IMG/VR virus record: IMGVR_UViG_3300020154_000003
Location: 124,001-188,000 of that record
Strand: one strand, 5' to 3'
DNA: 64,000 nucleotides
Part shown: positions 18,455-29,375 of the stretch, one piece after another
How the letters are laid out: each line of letters opens with the position of its first letter
How positions within the stretch are numbered: the stretch's first letter is position 1
The notes under the pieces: model-generated
Databases searched by the model: none
Told to the model about the DNA's origin: nothing
The model's input: the letters and a program-made list of their open reading frames with translations, nothing else
Position numbers and translations under genes: made by a program

Positions 18455-19471
18455 TTAATCTACGTACTTGTTCTTCTCGTAGTCTTTCAAATCGTAGTAG
18501 CAATTTCTTGCCAGTACCTCAAATTTTGAACGATTGGGATTACCATTCAGAATACCTTCGGTAAGTGATACTACATCGTCAGCAGGAAGTTTCGATAGTG
18601 CGACAATGAACATTTCGAAGAAAGATGGATGTTCGTAATACTTCTCAAAGTTGTCGAGCAAGTAAGTTCGGAGTGCATTGAGTAACATCTTACCACACCC
18701 AATATCTTCAATCTCGCTATAGATCGAATCAGTATATTCAGTGATCTCATAGTACTCATTCACGTCATCATAAGCATTGAGCGTGAGATAAGTGTATACT
18801 CCTTTGATAATCTCATGAACCAAGTTCACGTAATTCTTGGCCCTAGCTACAATATAAGGAACCCCATTTCTGAATTCAACTTTATTTGTGCCTCCCACAT
18901 CGTTGTGATCATTCGCCATCATAGCCATCCTTGCAAAGTGCTCGGTAGGAATGTTCAAATAAGCTGCTTCATTTGACTTCATGAGCACGTCATAATTCTC
19001 TATGAGGAACGGGCTGACATGGTTCATAGCCTCAGAGTTCATATGATGAATACTATTCATCGACACCCCTGCACCCTGAGTAATGGCATTGAGTATTTTT
19101 TGTTTGGCAATTTTTTTGTATAATTCGGGATTATCCTTCGGGGTTGGTTTAGGGAAATTTGGTGTTCCCCTTGGACTGAGATCAGTATGAGAAATCTCAT
19201 AAGAAATTTCAGCCTCGATTTGGATTTTGGCAATATCAATTACAGGGAACAATTCCTTGGCTGTTGTAACGGCCATCTGCTCCAACTGTGGTTTGTAACT
19301 AGCCTCCATGCCGATGATTTTGACCAGTGTGGGGATAATTTTACTGTAGTCAACCTGAAAGTTCAAGGCAGCAGCTTGCTGCTCTTTGAAAGCTTCGTAT
19401 TTTCGTTGGAAGGTTTGTCCAAAGAAATTAGGGTCGGCAAAACTGATGAAATTTTTATTCTTCATATACAA
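18455..19471 (-). CDS. hypothetical protein
   Basis: 338-aa ORF with its own AAC-N16-CGTATA promoter (~19474-19499); NAITQGA and LVHEIIKGVY motifs. Confidence 0.8.
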   Translation of the reverse strand: MYMKNKNFISFADPNFFGQTFQRKYEAFKEQQAAALNFQVDYSKIIPTLVKIIGMEASYKPQLEQMAVTTAKELFPVIDIAKIQIEAEISYEISHTDLSPRGTPNFPKPTPKDNPELYKKIAKQKILNAITQGAGVSMNSIHHMNSEAMNHVSPFLIENYDVLMKSNEAAYLNIPTEHFARMAMMANDHNDVGGTNKVEFRNGVPYIVARAKNYVNLVHEIIKGVYTYLTLNAYDDVNEYYEITEYTDSIYSEIEDIGCGKMLLNALRTYLLDNFEKYYEHPSFFEMFIVALSKLPADDVVSLTEGILNGNPNRSKFEVLARNCYYDLKDYEKNKYVD

Positions 19472-19582
19472 ATTATACGCAAAAATAGATAAAAGGTTTT
19501 GAATTGTTTAAACTATACTTTATTTTTGATAAATCTTTGCATGAATTTGCAACAAAATACTACGTTTTCCGTATAATTAACC

Positions 19583-21601
19583 ATGAAAGTAACGAAAGAA
19601 TATCTCAAGGCCAGAAACATCAGCGAAAACAACGGTGCTGTTCAAGCCATCCTGAAACTTACTGAAAAAAACCCAAATTATGAATTCTTTTTCATAAAAT
19701 CCCATTTTGGGACGGAGCACGTTGCCTTGAAAGATATTGAGGAAACCTTTAAAACCATGCGGGATAAAAACATTAAGGTTTCCCGGTCAGTTGATCAGTA
19801 CGTGAGATTTGTCGTTAAAGAAGCCTTCACCCATAAAGTCAACACTTATAATGATAAGGGTGAGATCACAGGCGAAAAGAAAACCGACTTTGAACAGGGT
19901 GAGGTCATTGATAAAAAACTCTATAAATCACTTCCTGACTTCGATAAAGAAAAGGTTGACGTTCGCACAGACTTCGAAGCTTTCTCTGATGAAATTCGGG
20001 ATGCGTTAACAAAAACGAACGCAAACAAAATTATCCAGCAATTCCCTGCAGCAGCTAAACATGTTGTTGAAAACTTAACTCCAGAAGAAAAGAAAGAATT
20101 TTACTTCAACTTGAATTCTTTGTTGGAAATGAACACCAAATATTTGGTGGTGAATCCCTTCGTAAAAAAATATAAAGTTGAACGTGGCGATAGAACCGAA
20201 GTCGCTGAAAAAACTTTCAACCGTGGAGCCAAACTCACTCTTGAAGTTTACAAAACTCTTACCGATGCACAAAGGGAGAATGTACTTGAAGAATATCAAA
20301 AACCCCTTCTGGCCTTCATTAAAAAATCTGCAAGGTATAAAAACAAAGAAGCATTGTTCTCTGATCTCAATGCTGCCATGTATTCTCTTTCAGGTGATGA
20401 GGAATACAAAAGCCTGATCGAGAGAATCGAAGATACGGAAGGTGCAATACTTGAAGGTCTGAATCCTGATAAGGGTATTGTGGTTGCCTCTGCTTTGAAT
20501 GCAGAAGCCTACAAGAAAATAGGTGGTAATAACACTAACCATTGTATTCGTGCTCAACACACCTTTTCTTCGTATGTTAAATTCGCATACAAGCAATATT
20601 TAATTACCAACACGAAATTGGAGCCTACTGATGACCTTCGCATTATCGGTATGACTATTGATGGGAGGGGCAACGTGACCCATGCTCACACTAAAAGTGA
20701 CGTTAACATCCGTGATAGAATATCTGGTATCCTATTAAAATGGAATATTGCTCAGTACGTTAAACCGATGAGTGAAGATGACATCATTGAGATGTTGTAC
20801 ATCGGTATCAATGATGGCACCATATTCACGGACAAGGAACGTTCTGATATGGTGGTTGCTTATCTCCCTAAACTGGATAAGACCAGATTTGAAAAGAAAA
20901 AGTTGTTGCAATTTATCCGTCATTGCCATGAGCCTAAAGAAATGATGGAGATTGTTAGAACTTCTCTGGACATGAGAAATTCTAAGGAATTCAGCGAGAA
21001 CTATGATTACTTGGCAAACAACATTTTGAAGTTGATTTCCGATGAAAATCAGTCTTACAATATCGTTCAGTCTTTTGTTGCGGAATACAACAACAAGGTT
21101 GGAATAACTCCTGAAGATGCAGTGACCATGCTGGTTAATAAATCCAAGTACATCCAACCTAATAAGTTGCTTGAAATTATTGGAAGAGATAAATTCCAGA
21201 CGTTCATAAAAGAATTTACTGAAGAGCAGTTCGAAAAAATATTGAACACTATCCCTCAATTCTTTATCAATTTTGTTAGGGATAGAAAGACTCTGAACAA
21301 CCGTGAGATCGTCAAAATCATTGCTGCGATGTATGAGTATGAAACAAGAAAAGACATCAGACAACTGGTTTTGATAAAAATCTACAAGAAAGGTTATTTT
21401 GATAACTTGGATTTGACTAGTCATCCTCAGTTGTTGAACTTAATTGTGGCTGACAATAATCCTTTGGACAATGCAATATTGGCCATTGCAGTTAAGTTAG
21501 GTCACAAGGACAATAAAATCAAGGTAGACGATAAGAAAATAGATTTCGCAAGTGCCATACAGTCAATAACCTCATCGTTAAAACCGTCTAGTCAACGGTA
21601 A
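19583..21601 (+). CDS. large hypothetical protein
   Basis: 672-aa ORF with internal repeats (FEQGEVI../FNRGAKL..) and no internal TAG. Confidence 0.85.
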   Translation: MKVTKEYLKARNISENNGAVQAILKLTEKNPNYEFFFIKSHFGTEHVALKDIEETFKTMRDKNIKVSRSVDQYVRFVVKEAFTHKVNTYNDKGEITGEKKTDFEQGEVIDKKLYKSLPDFDKEKVDVRTDFEAFSDEIRDALTKTNANKIIQQFPAAAKHVVENLTPEEKKEFYFNLNSLLEMNTKYLVVNPFVKKYKVERGDRTEVAEKTFNRGAKLTLEVYKTLTDAQRENVLEEYQKPLLAFIKKSARYKNKEALFSDLNAAMYSLSGDEEYKSLIERIEDTEGAILEGLNPDKGIVVASALNAEAYKKIGGNNTNHCIRAQHTFSSYVKFAYKQYLITNTKLEPTDDLRIIGMTIDGRGNVTHAHTKSDVNIRDRISGILLKWNIAQYVKPMSEDDIIEMLYIGINDGTIFTDKERSDMVVAYLPKLDKTRFEKKKLLQFIRHCHEPKEMMEIVRTSLDMRNSKEFSENYDYLANNILKLISDENQSYNIVQSFVAEYNNKVGITPEDAVTMLVNKSKYIQPNKLLEIIGRDKFQTFIKEFTEEQFEKILNTIPQFFINFVRDRKTLNNREIVKIIAAMYEYETRKDIRQLVLIKIYKKGYFDNLDLTSHPQLLNLIVADNNPLDNAILAIAVKLGHKDNKIKVDDKKIDFASAIQSITSSLKPSSQR

Positions 21602-21624
21602 TTTAAAATCCCCTATTTATAAGT

Positions 21625-22101
21625 ATGATGCCTCATAATTGGTGTCATACTTATTTTTGTATTATGAAACAACCTGACTCGCATAAATGGGAAATCCGCA
21701 CCGTCACACTAAGTTCTGACGAACTAAAAAAACAGCTAGGAGAAAAACGATTTGCTGCATTGATGGATGATATAAATAATAGATTGAATGTAACTATTAT
21801 TTACGAATTCTACGATGAGAATGATGACATGTTTCCTGATCAGGGAGCCTACGCACATGTCATAGGAGTAAAACCTTCAAATTTGAAAATTCAACTCAAC
21901 AACATGTCATCCTCAACTCTGAAAAAAATAATCTCGCAATCATTCGAGTCGATGGAAGAAAATCTAAAAAAGGTAATTGAAAGGCAGTCAAGGGGTGAGT
22001 ATACCTGTATTGGTTATAATGCTTACGCAGAAGATCGTAAAACATATACCATTCTGTACATTCAGTATAAACTTAAAAAGTTAGAAACAGAGGTTAATTA
22101 A
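21625..22101 (+). CDS. hypothetical protein, paralogous to 22104..22481
   Basis: Both share TxIYExYDExDxxF and YxExRK...I.Y.QYK. Confidence 0.6.
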   Translation: MMPHNWCHTYFCIMKQPDSHKWEIRTVTLSSDELKKQLGEKRFAALMDDINNRLNVTIIYEFYDENDDMFPDQGAYAHVIGVKPSNLKIQLNNMSSSTLKKIISQSFESMEENLKKVIERQSRGEYTCIGYNAYAEDRKTYTILYIQYKLKKLETEVN

Positions 22102-22103
22102 GA

Positions 22104-22481
22104 ATGGAACAATATGAGGATGAATTTGAAGACGATCAAGGGGATTTTTCTGATGATGATCCTGATCAAATAGATCAAATCGACAACAGGTTGTATCTCT
22201 ATTCTGATAATTACAATACCACCGTCATATATGAGTATTATGATGAAGAGGATAATTTATTTTTAGTTAAAGACAAAAAATATGTTGGACTTATAAGTAA
22301 GAGAAATATCCAAAGCATGGTTGACTTTTCTCGTACTGAAGAATACTTCAATGAAACGGAAAAACAAATTCAAAATAATGAAAATACTTTAATTTTACAT
22401 GCCATTCATAGCTATTGCGAATATCGAAAAGATAGTGCAATCGTGTATGTACAGTATAAAGTCAGTGCAAAAAATGAGTGA
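22104..22481 (+). CDS. hypothetical protein, paralogous to 21625..22101
   Basis: Shares the motifs above. Confidence 0.6.
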   Translation: MEQYEDEFEDDQGDFSDDDPDQIDQIDNRLYLYSDNYNTTVIYEYYDEEDNLFLVKDKKYVGLISKRNIQSMVDFSRTEEYFNETEKQIQNNENTLILHAIHSYCEYRKDSAIVYVQYKVSAKNE

Positions 22482-22734
22482 GAAAGAACTTAAGGATGAA
22501 TTAGAATACTGTTATAGCACCCTTGATACTGACAAGAATGGGGAAGATGAAGATTTATCGTACATTGACTATGATATGAGACAAGCTGATCTAGTCGATG
22601 CGTATGAAGAGTGGGAAGAACATAGTAGAAATATAATTTTCCAGAACACCCTCAATAAAATGCTTAAGAAGCAAATGAAAACTGAACGAAGAAAATATTT
22701 GAAATCGATCAATCAATTTTTAAAGTCCTAAAAA

Positions 22735-22971
22735 GTGTATTGTGCAAAACCATCCATAAATCTAAAACTAACCAGCATCGTAGTTCAAGCTGAGACAAGA
22801 AAATTACGTGCAGAATGGACACCTGAAGCAGTGATGGAAATAAATAATTTTATAGACATGGACATGGGTGTTAATGTAAATGAAGTTATGGTAGATATGT
22901 TGGTTGCAAATTTAAAAGAAAAGGAAATTATAAAATATAACGAACTCCTAAATGATTGGTTGAAACTATGA
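22735..22971 (+). CDS. small protein containing a second gp23 major-capsid-like segment
   Basis: LTSIVVQAETRKLRAEWTPE. Confidence 0.55.
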   Translation: MYCAKPSINLKLTSIVVQAETRKLRAEWTPEAVMEINNFIDMDMGVNVNEVMVDMLVANLKEKEIIKYNELLNDWLKL

Positions 22972-23496
22972 AAGGCGAAAAAGTAATTAATGAAACTATA
23001 AAATATCTCAACAATAATTCCAATAGGGTGGGGGAGAAATTAACCGAATATGATTGGCGCGAATGCTGTGACCTAATTATGTGCTTGGAGGAATTGTTGA
23101 AAACAGGAGTACTAAAAAATGTTGAACTACCTAAAAATAAATTATGAAATACGAATGGAGTTTAAGGAAGTACTGGAAGTCTTGGTTCATTCAAGATGTA
23201 AAAAAAATCTGGTATAAAACAGTGCATGGTATTGAATTAGGAAACTACAAAACCATCATCCCTAGTACTGGCAATGGTAGATTTTATTCCGTGAAAAGGA
23301 AAACAGCAATCTTCGAGATTACTGAAAAGAAAACAGGTAATTTGGTTAGGATTATTCCATACAAAGAAAACCACGGGTTCATGATTGAAAATTGGATGGA
23401 TGGAAAGTTGATCAGCAGGAAATGTTTGGGTTTCGAGGAATTATGGGTTGGTGCAGAAATTCATGAAAATGCTTAGTTAATTAAGTATTTATTGGT

Positions 23497-24309
23497 ATGG
23501 ATTTACGTAAACTAGTTCAGGAAGAGTTTGAAAATCAGATTGTACCGACACATTCTGGCCAATTCCTCTACCACGTAACCAATACCAAGAACTACAACGA
23601 CATAAAGTCCTATGGCCTGCTACCTCAATTTGGTGAGACCGTAAAACAAGCCTATGGCGATTCTTACGATCTGGATGGTGATGGAGATAACGAAGAACTG
23701 GTTAAATTGGATATTGATGGCCTGCTATTTTTCTCCGAGAAACCAATGCTTGGGTATTCTCAACCAATGCAGCAGAATTTTAAGTGGAATGAGGTACTGG
23801 TTGTGATTGTGGAAAAGAATGACACTATCTTTAGAAAGGTGGATTCTTACCCCAAATTCACTGATCATCAAGGTAATGAGGTGAGTTCTGTTAATTACAT
23901 ACACATCCATGATCTTCCTATAATCATTGAAACAGGAGATTGGTTTTCATTTGAAGAGCAGGAACCTGCCTACCTGCTTTATGGCGATCTCCTAATGAAA
24001 TTTCTGGAGAAAAACTTCCCCGATCTTATAGAAAAACACACTCCAACCTCCTTAAATGAGGGTTCCGACTTTGAGAAGTTAAAGAAAAATAAGGTAACTT
24101 TGACCGATGAGGAACGTGCTGAGGTCATGAAGCGCAAAGCTGTATGGCATATGGGGGCTGATGGGAAGGCTTCTCCTGCGGTTTGGAAGAGCGTAAACGA
24201 CAAAGGGGAGGTAACTTATGTTACCAATACTCACCGAGCCTATAACACAGCTAAAACGCTTAAAGGAGCCATTGGAAGGTATCATAAATTTATCAAAGGA
24301 ACTGCTTAA
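23497..24309 (+). CDS. ADP-ribosyltransferase/Tpt1-fold-like N-terminal domain fused to a C-terminal domain
   Basis: LYHVT...I.SYGLLP...FFS; preceded by GTATTTAT at 23485. Confidence 0.5.
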   Translation: MDLRKLVQEEFENQIVPTHSGQFLYHVTNTKNYNDIKSYGLLPQFGETVKQAYGDSYDLDGDGDNEELVKLDIDGLLFFSEKPMLGYSQPMQQNFKWNEVLVVIVEKNDTIFRKVDSYPKFTDHQGNEVSSVNYIHIHDLPIIIETGDWFSFEEQEPAYLLYGDLLMKFLEKNFPDLIEKHTPTSLNEGSDFEKLKKNKVTLTDEERAEVMKRKAVWHMGADGKASPAVWKSVNDKGEVTYVTNTHRAYNTAKTLKGAIGRYHKFIKGTA

Positions 24310-25102
24310 TTAAATGGATGAGGAATTATTATATCCATCAACTGGCTTGGTTTATGCTACAGATTATACTGCGACCTTCACCGAGCGATCCTTAGTAGAT
24401 AGAATTTATGTTGATGGTGAGATGTCAATGGCCCTAATGCTTCAAAAGATAAAAAATGATGAATATAACGCTTATAACGAATCAGTAATAAAATTTGCTT
24501 ATGGAGAATGAGATAGTTATTACCGAAATGCAAATGCCTGTTGATTATGTTGAAAACAGCACTGCGGAAAATGATTATCTGACAGCGTATATGGACACAT
24601 TACTTGAGATATGTCTAATAGAACAAGAGCAATCCCATCAAATAAAAAAAAGGCGAATGTTGCTCAAGAAAATTAAAGTTGAAGAACACAAAGCATACAA
24701 TAAACAAGTCAACCTTTTTATTGCTTCATGAAAAAAATGAAATTCTCTGATCGAGATATTTTTACTAAAATAAGATACACCGAAGGGAAAAAATATCGCG
24801 AAAACAATCCATTTTATTTCGAAACCCTTGAAGCATTTCTAGGGAAAAAAATATGTCTCTATAAACGAGACGGAGAATTTAGGTAAATGTTTATTTAAAC
24901 AATCGATTTCTGAAAGTAAACAACAAACCAGAAATACATCCCAACAAAATTAATCCATAACCTGCAATCGCTCTGAATGTTTGATTGCACAGATAACTAT
25001 CATTGCATTGCCAATCCAAAGTGTATATCAAACCAAGTCCGGGTAGTATTAGAAGTATTCCATACAACAAATCTCCTAGTCCTAAATTTTTAAAGATTTT
25101 TT

Positions 25103-25720
25103 TCATGTTACTTTTGGGGTTTCCCTGTCGAAAATATGACCTACTACCCTGACGGTTCCTTTATCAATATCAAAATAATAGTCTGACGTTTTCCACCAAA
25201 GTTTAAAACCACCATCTCGAAACTTAACAACTAAGTTGATCGTAACATCTTTGATGTAATTGTTAGTGTATGATACAATGTCGCCTTCGTAAATTTCAAC
25301 TCCAGTTATGTCCTTGATGCCAGTATATTCCTGCCACACATAATTTGCATCGGATTTAAATAAAGATTTATCCGTGATGTAAATCTCCTTACTTATGTTG
25401 TTGAATTGTACTGCATCGTAAATGATTTTCTTAGCATCCAAATCCCACGCTCTAAATTTAATGATTCTTTGAGATGGTAATACGGCATGATTCTTATTCA
25501 TTTCCTCAACTTCAAATGTTGTATAGGTTGTTTCACATAGCGGACAAATGTAACCCGCAGTGCGAATACCTCCAACTTTATTCTGTGGTTTTAATTCCCC
25601 ACATTCACATATCTGACAGATAGCACGACTTATCTCCTGAGGATTGAGAGAAACGAGGTTTGATCTTACTTCTGCTGTTTGACGTAACACTTTGAAAATT
25701 AGGGTTGAATGAGTTTCCAT
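25103..25720 (-). CDS. YopX-family protein with N-terminal Zn-ribbon
   Basis: CxxCxC..CPLC; IKFRAWD...QEYTGIKD..G.EIYEGDIV...VVGHIFD. Confidence 0.8.
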   Translation of the reverse strand: METHSTLIFKVLRQTAEVRSNLVSLNPQEISRAICQICECGELKPQNKVGGIRTAGYICPLCETTYTTFEVEEMNKNHAVLPSQRIIKFRAWDLDAKKIIYDAVQFNNISKEIYITDKSLFKSDANYVWQEYTGIKDITGVEIYEGDIVSYTNNYIKDVTINLVVKFRDGGFKLWWKTSDYYFDIDKGTVRVVGHIFDRETPKVT

Positions 25721-26807
25721 TTAAACTTAAACTTGTCTGTATTATAGGGTTTAGGTTCACCTGTACTGGCAATTTCCCGAAAAGGCAATGTCGCGAATTC
25801 TGTTGTTGTAAGTGATTTACCGCAATTAAGACATTGATACCATGCGGATAATGATCCTTGATGGTACGTTAATTGACCACCACAACTACACGCTCTTTCA
25901 GGCTCGTTCATGATGTAAGTTCTGCTTTTCCAAACATTAGTGCAAGAGCCAATCTCATATCACCAGATGCAAGCGCACCGTTGATACAAATATCTCTTTC
26001 TTTTTCATTATCCAAAATAAATTGGGCAACTTTTGTTCGCTCTTCGATACTTAAATTTTCTCTACCTCTAGCTAACAATTCCTCAAATTCTTTTTTATTC
26101 ATAATCTCAAAGTTTAAAGACAACAAAACAACCCCATATCCCATAAGCACCAATAGCAATAAAAACTAGATAGGCAAGCCAAGGGCATTCATCAAACATG
26201 CAAGTCGGATTGGGCCTTGGGCTAAGGTGCAAGTAAATGGCTTTAAATATTTTTTTCATCTTCCTTCTTGATAACAATGTTTGATGCGGGGATGTATGGG
26301 TTCATCACCTAATGCCCTAAGATATTTTGGATAAATAAACGTCTTACAAAACATCATGACTCTCTGATCACCCTCTGCGATGGCTGCAAGGAGAATACTT
26401 TCGAGTTCATACAATTTGGTTGTTGGCAATGTGACACTCATAATTTCACGAATTTTCTCTGGCCTTTAGTTGAGCGTAATCTACAAAAACGAAAGTGAAA
26501 CATTCACTATCATCTGACTGAGTTTTTTTCATTGTGGGTATTCTAAAAACAAATTTATCAGTCAGAACGATATATTCTTCAACTCCTTCACTAATTTGTC
26601 TGGTGTCAAGAGGAAGTATGATTTTACGATCATCTTTCCTGTAAAAATTCTTTTTGAACGTACAATCGAATCCACTGTAATTCTTAATTACCCTTTCGAT
26701 TCTATTGATGATAAGCTGAGGTAATTCACTCACTCCTTTATGAATTGTATTAAACTCATCAACATTATTGGTAATGATATTGGGGAAGTATGGTTTTTCG
26801 GTGGTAT

Positions 26808-27437
26808 TCATTGCCTGTATGGTTTGGTGTATTTTTTAAAATGTCCTTTACTGATTCTACCATCATCAAACTGCACATCGATGAGTGTTTCCTCACCTGA
26901 CTCATATTCGGAAAGAATTCTGGCAGGTAGATAGAATTGTGAGTTATCACCAACATCACCAATTTTTTGCCATGAGTCAGAATCGAATACGGTGACCTTA
27001 TCTTGTTTCATCATCTCGTTGTATGCTTTAACAAAATTAACGACACCCTTAAAGATCGCTTCCTTCTTGCTTAATGACTCTGCCTTCTCAATAGTTTCTA
27101 AATCCATCAACGTTTCTGCAATGACGTTGTAATCCAAACTCACAACAAACTGATGAAATTTCCCACCTGCAGAATCACGGTACTCGATAGCTGTGTGGTA
27201 ACCCATCGACTCAATTTTCTCCACAACTTCCATCAACCATTCCCAATCAGTCCTGTAGTAAAGACCTTTTTCGTCACAAATAACATATTCTTTATCCTTG
27301 ATAATTCTGCGATTAAACGGCCATGTTGATTTGAAGTGATACATGAACCTGTCACCAAACCCAAGATTATATACGTGCTGTTCAGCACCCATAAATATTG
27401 CTACAATCTCTTCATCAGTTAATGGTGTCTTTTTCAT
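26808..27437 (-). CDS. paralog array member 6
   Basis: IVAIFMG...WEWLMEVVEKIE...VVNFVKAYN. Confidence 0.75.
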   Translation of the reverse strand: MKKTPLTDEEIVAIFMGAEQHVYNLGFGDRFMYHFKSTWPFNRRIIKDKEYVICDEKGLYYRTDWEWLMEVVEKIESMGYHTAIEYRDSAGGKFHQFVVSLDYNVIAETLMDLETIEKAESLSKKEAIFKGVVNFVKAYNEMMKQDKVTVFDSDSWQKIGDVGDNSQFYLPARILSEYESGEETLIDVQFDDGRISKGHFKKYTKPYRQ

Positions 27438-27808
27438 GCCCTATCTTGTTTGTTGTTATAATACCAATCCATAAAATTCGCAACTGCCTTGTATAAGTGA
27501 TCGATTGATAAAAAAGAATCTCTGAAATAAATCCGAACAATACGCAACCTGCCAGCCCTTGTATTTGAAATGATGATTGCGTTCTCTCCAATACTCTGCT
27601 CCCAACAAACACCATATTTCTGCCTACCCCAACTCATGATCTTAATCCATACAGGCATGAGCGTATGCCATTTACGGTAATCTGGCAAAGGTACTGGCAT
27701 AGGGTCTTCCGCTCCTTTAAACCACCACTTATTACCAGTACAAATACCACCCATGAATTTGGCGATCATTGTGTCGAACTCAACTTTCCTTGTTGCTTCA
27801 ATCTCCAT
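27434..27808 (-). CDS. paralog array member 5
   Basis: MIAKFMG...WHTLMPVWIKI...YKAVANFMDWYY. Confidence 0.7.
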   Translation of the reverse strand: MEIEATRKVEFDTMIAKFMGGICTGNKWWFKGAEDPMPVPLPDYRKWHTLMPVWIKIMSWGRQKYGVCWEQSIGENAIIISNTRAGRLRIVRIYFRDSFLSIDHLYKAVANFMDWYYNNKQDRA

Positions 27809-28325
27809 ACATCGCTTCAAATTTCTTCTTCCATTCATTGAAATCAATCCCATTAATCCCTGCAGCGTAAGCAGCACGAAGTTTATCGTCAGTATGCTTC
27901 TTCTTTCGAAATCTTACTGATTTCGGTCTAACAGGGTTGTTGAACCATTCTATGAATTCAACAACTGCTTTGTATGTGGCTTGTTGCTTTGTTACATGTA
28001 ATGGTACTGGAATATTGGAAATAATTAAGTTTTCTGCTTTACGTCTATATGATGGTATACTGTCCCATACCTGACATTGATGACCATCCTCATCTTTGAA
28101 AATAGTCGTATCAAAACCAAGACTTTCAATTTTATCCACTGCAAGCATTATCCACTCCCATGAAAGGTGGAAAGCAAGATGATCAGGGTCAAATGATTTG
28201 TCATTCCCGGTAATTGGGTTGTAGAGAAAATCATCAAATTGTTTGTAATATCCGTAGACCCCGATACTATTCAGTTTCCAACCTAAAAAATCAGCGATCA
28301 GCTTATTATTTACTTGCGTGTTCAT
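27798..28325 (-). CDS. paralog array member 4
   Basis: LIADFLG...SWEWIMLAVDKIE...YKAVVEFIEWFN. Confidence 0.75.
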   Translation of the reverse strand: MNTQVNNKLIADFLGWKLNSIGVYGYYKQFDDFLYNPITGNDKSFDPDHLAFHLSWEWIMLAVDKIESLGFDTTIFKDEDGHQCQVWDSIPSYRRKAENLIISNIPVPLHVTKQQATYKAVVEFIEWFNNPVRPKSVRFRKKKHTDDKLRAAYAAGINGIDFNEWKKKFEAMYGD

Positions 28326-28638
28326 TGTGCCATTTAATATAATCAACAACTCCCATATATACGGCTTGTTTCTTTGTGCGTCTCAGTGTGCCAATTTCAA
28401 TCCACCCACTAGCGTCATCGGTGTTCTCAATTAAGATTCCTGATCGTTCAATTGTCACCCGATGCTTTTCTTCGATTTTGCTAACAACTTCCATTAGCCA
28501 TTCCCAAGAAGTGTCAAACTTGAATGTGTTAATCGTTTCAACACGTCCACCAAACCTGTACACATGATTTTTATCTGGAAATGAGTTATCAATAACCCAC
28601 CCCATGAAAATGGCAATCAACTCGTTATCGTTTCTCAT
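28306..28638 (-). CDS. paralog array member 3
   Basis: LIAIFMG...SWEWLMEVVSKIE...YMGVVDYIKWHN. Confidence 0.75.
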   Translation of the reverse strand: MRNDNELIAIFMGWVIDNSFPDKNHVYRFGGRVETINTFKFDTSWEWLMEVVSKIEEKHRVTIERSGILIENTDDASGWIEIGTLRRTKKQAVYMGVVDYIKWHNEHASK

Positions 28639-28978
28639 TCTCGTTAAGCCATTTAATGAAGTCAACAACAGCTTCGTAAAGCACTTCGAACTTCACGAAT
28701 ATTTTCATGTTTCCAATCCTGTCGGTTTGCTCAGGATATGCAAGACGATAAGTAAGCACCTGATTAACTACTGGCATAAGCCACTCATACGACTCATCAT
28801 ATTTCAATTCCTCAACTTCGACCAATTGTCCATGAAGCTTCCAGTTTGGCTTACGAAACAAAATGAATGTTCCATCTTCATTTTCAGCTTCAACCTCACC
28901 ACCCATGAAGGCAGCGATCAGTGGGTTGTAAACAGTTTTGTTGATCTTAAAAAGATCACCCATTAGTTCTTTCTCCAT
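28625..28978 (-). CDS. paralog array member 2
   Basis: LIAAFMG...SYEWLMPVV...YEAVVDFIKWLN. Confidence 0.75.
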   Translation of the reverse strand: MEKELMGDLFKINKTVYNPLIAAFMGGEVEAENEDGTFILFRKPNWKLHGQLVEVEELKYDESYEWLMPVVNQVLTYRLAYPEQTDRIGNMKIFVKFEVLYEAVVDFIKWLNENEKR

Positions 28979-29375
28979 GACTGTTATAATATTTTATGAA
29001 TTCAACAATTGCGAGATAGGTTTTATCCAAATAAGGAATCTGGTACTTGATATTACTGAAAATACCCAACGGCCCTGAAGGAGGATGTGGCCTGTCACCA
29101 GTAGATGGTAGATTGCAAATCTTTTGGTATACTACCATGAGCCATTCCCATGAGGAGTGAAACTGCATAGACCTTGTTTCCATCATCTTTTGAGATTTAC
29201 CGTTTATTATTATCCCTTCGCGGGGATGTTCAAAGATGTTGAAGTCTTTATCAGTTGGAGTTGTGTTAATGTACCCCATGAACTTCGCAATCATTCTGTT
29301 GGTAGCATAATGAGATGGCTCGAACTGTTTTCGCATAGATTCAATATCCCAATGACAATGATCTTTAGGTGTCAT
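28956..29375 (-). CDS. paralog array member 1
   Basis: MIAKFMG...SWEWLMVVYQKI...YLAIVEFIKYYN. Confidence 0.75.
   Translation of the reverse strand: MTPKDHCHWDIESMRKQFEPSHYATNRMIAKFMGYINTTPTDKDFNIFEHPREGIIINGKSQKMMETRSMQFHSSWEWLMVVYQKICNLPSTGDRPHPPSGPLGIFSNIKYQIPYLDKTYLAIVEFIKYYNSHGERTNG

Noticed and set aside
20735-21424. Long antisense/shadow ORFs (also 51344..51970, 30800..31354, 32419..32901 and many short ones)
   Set aside because: They lie opposite well-supported genes and lack promoters or recognisable motifs.
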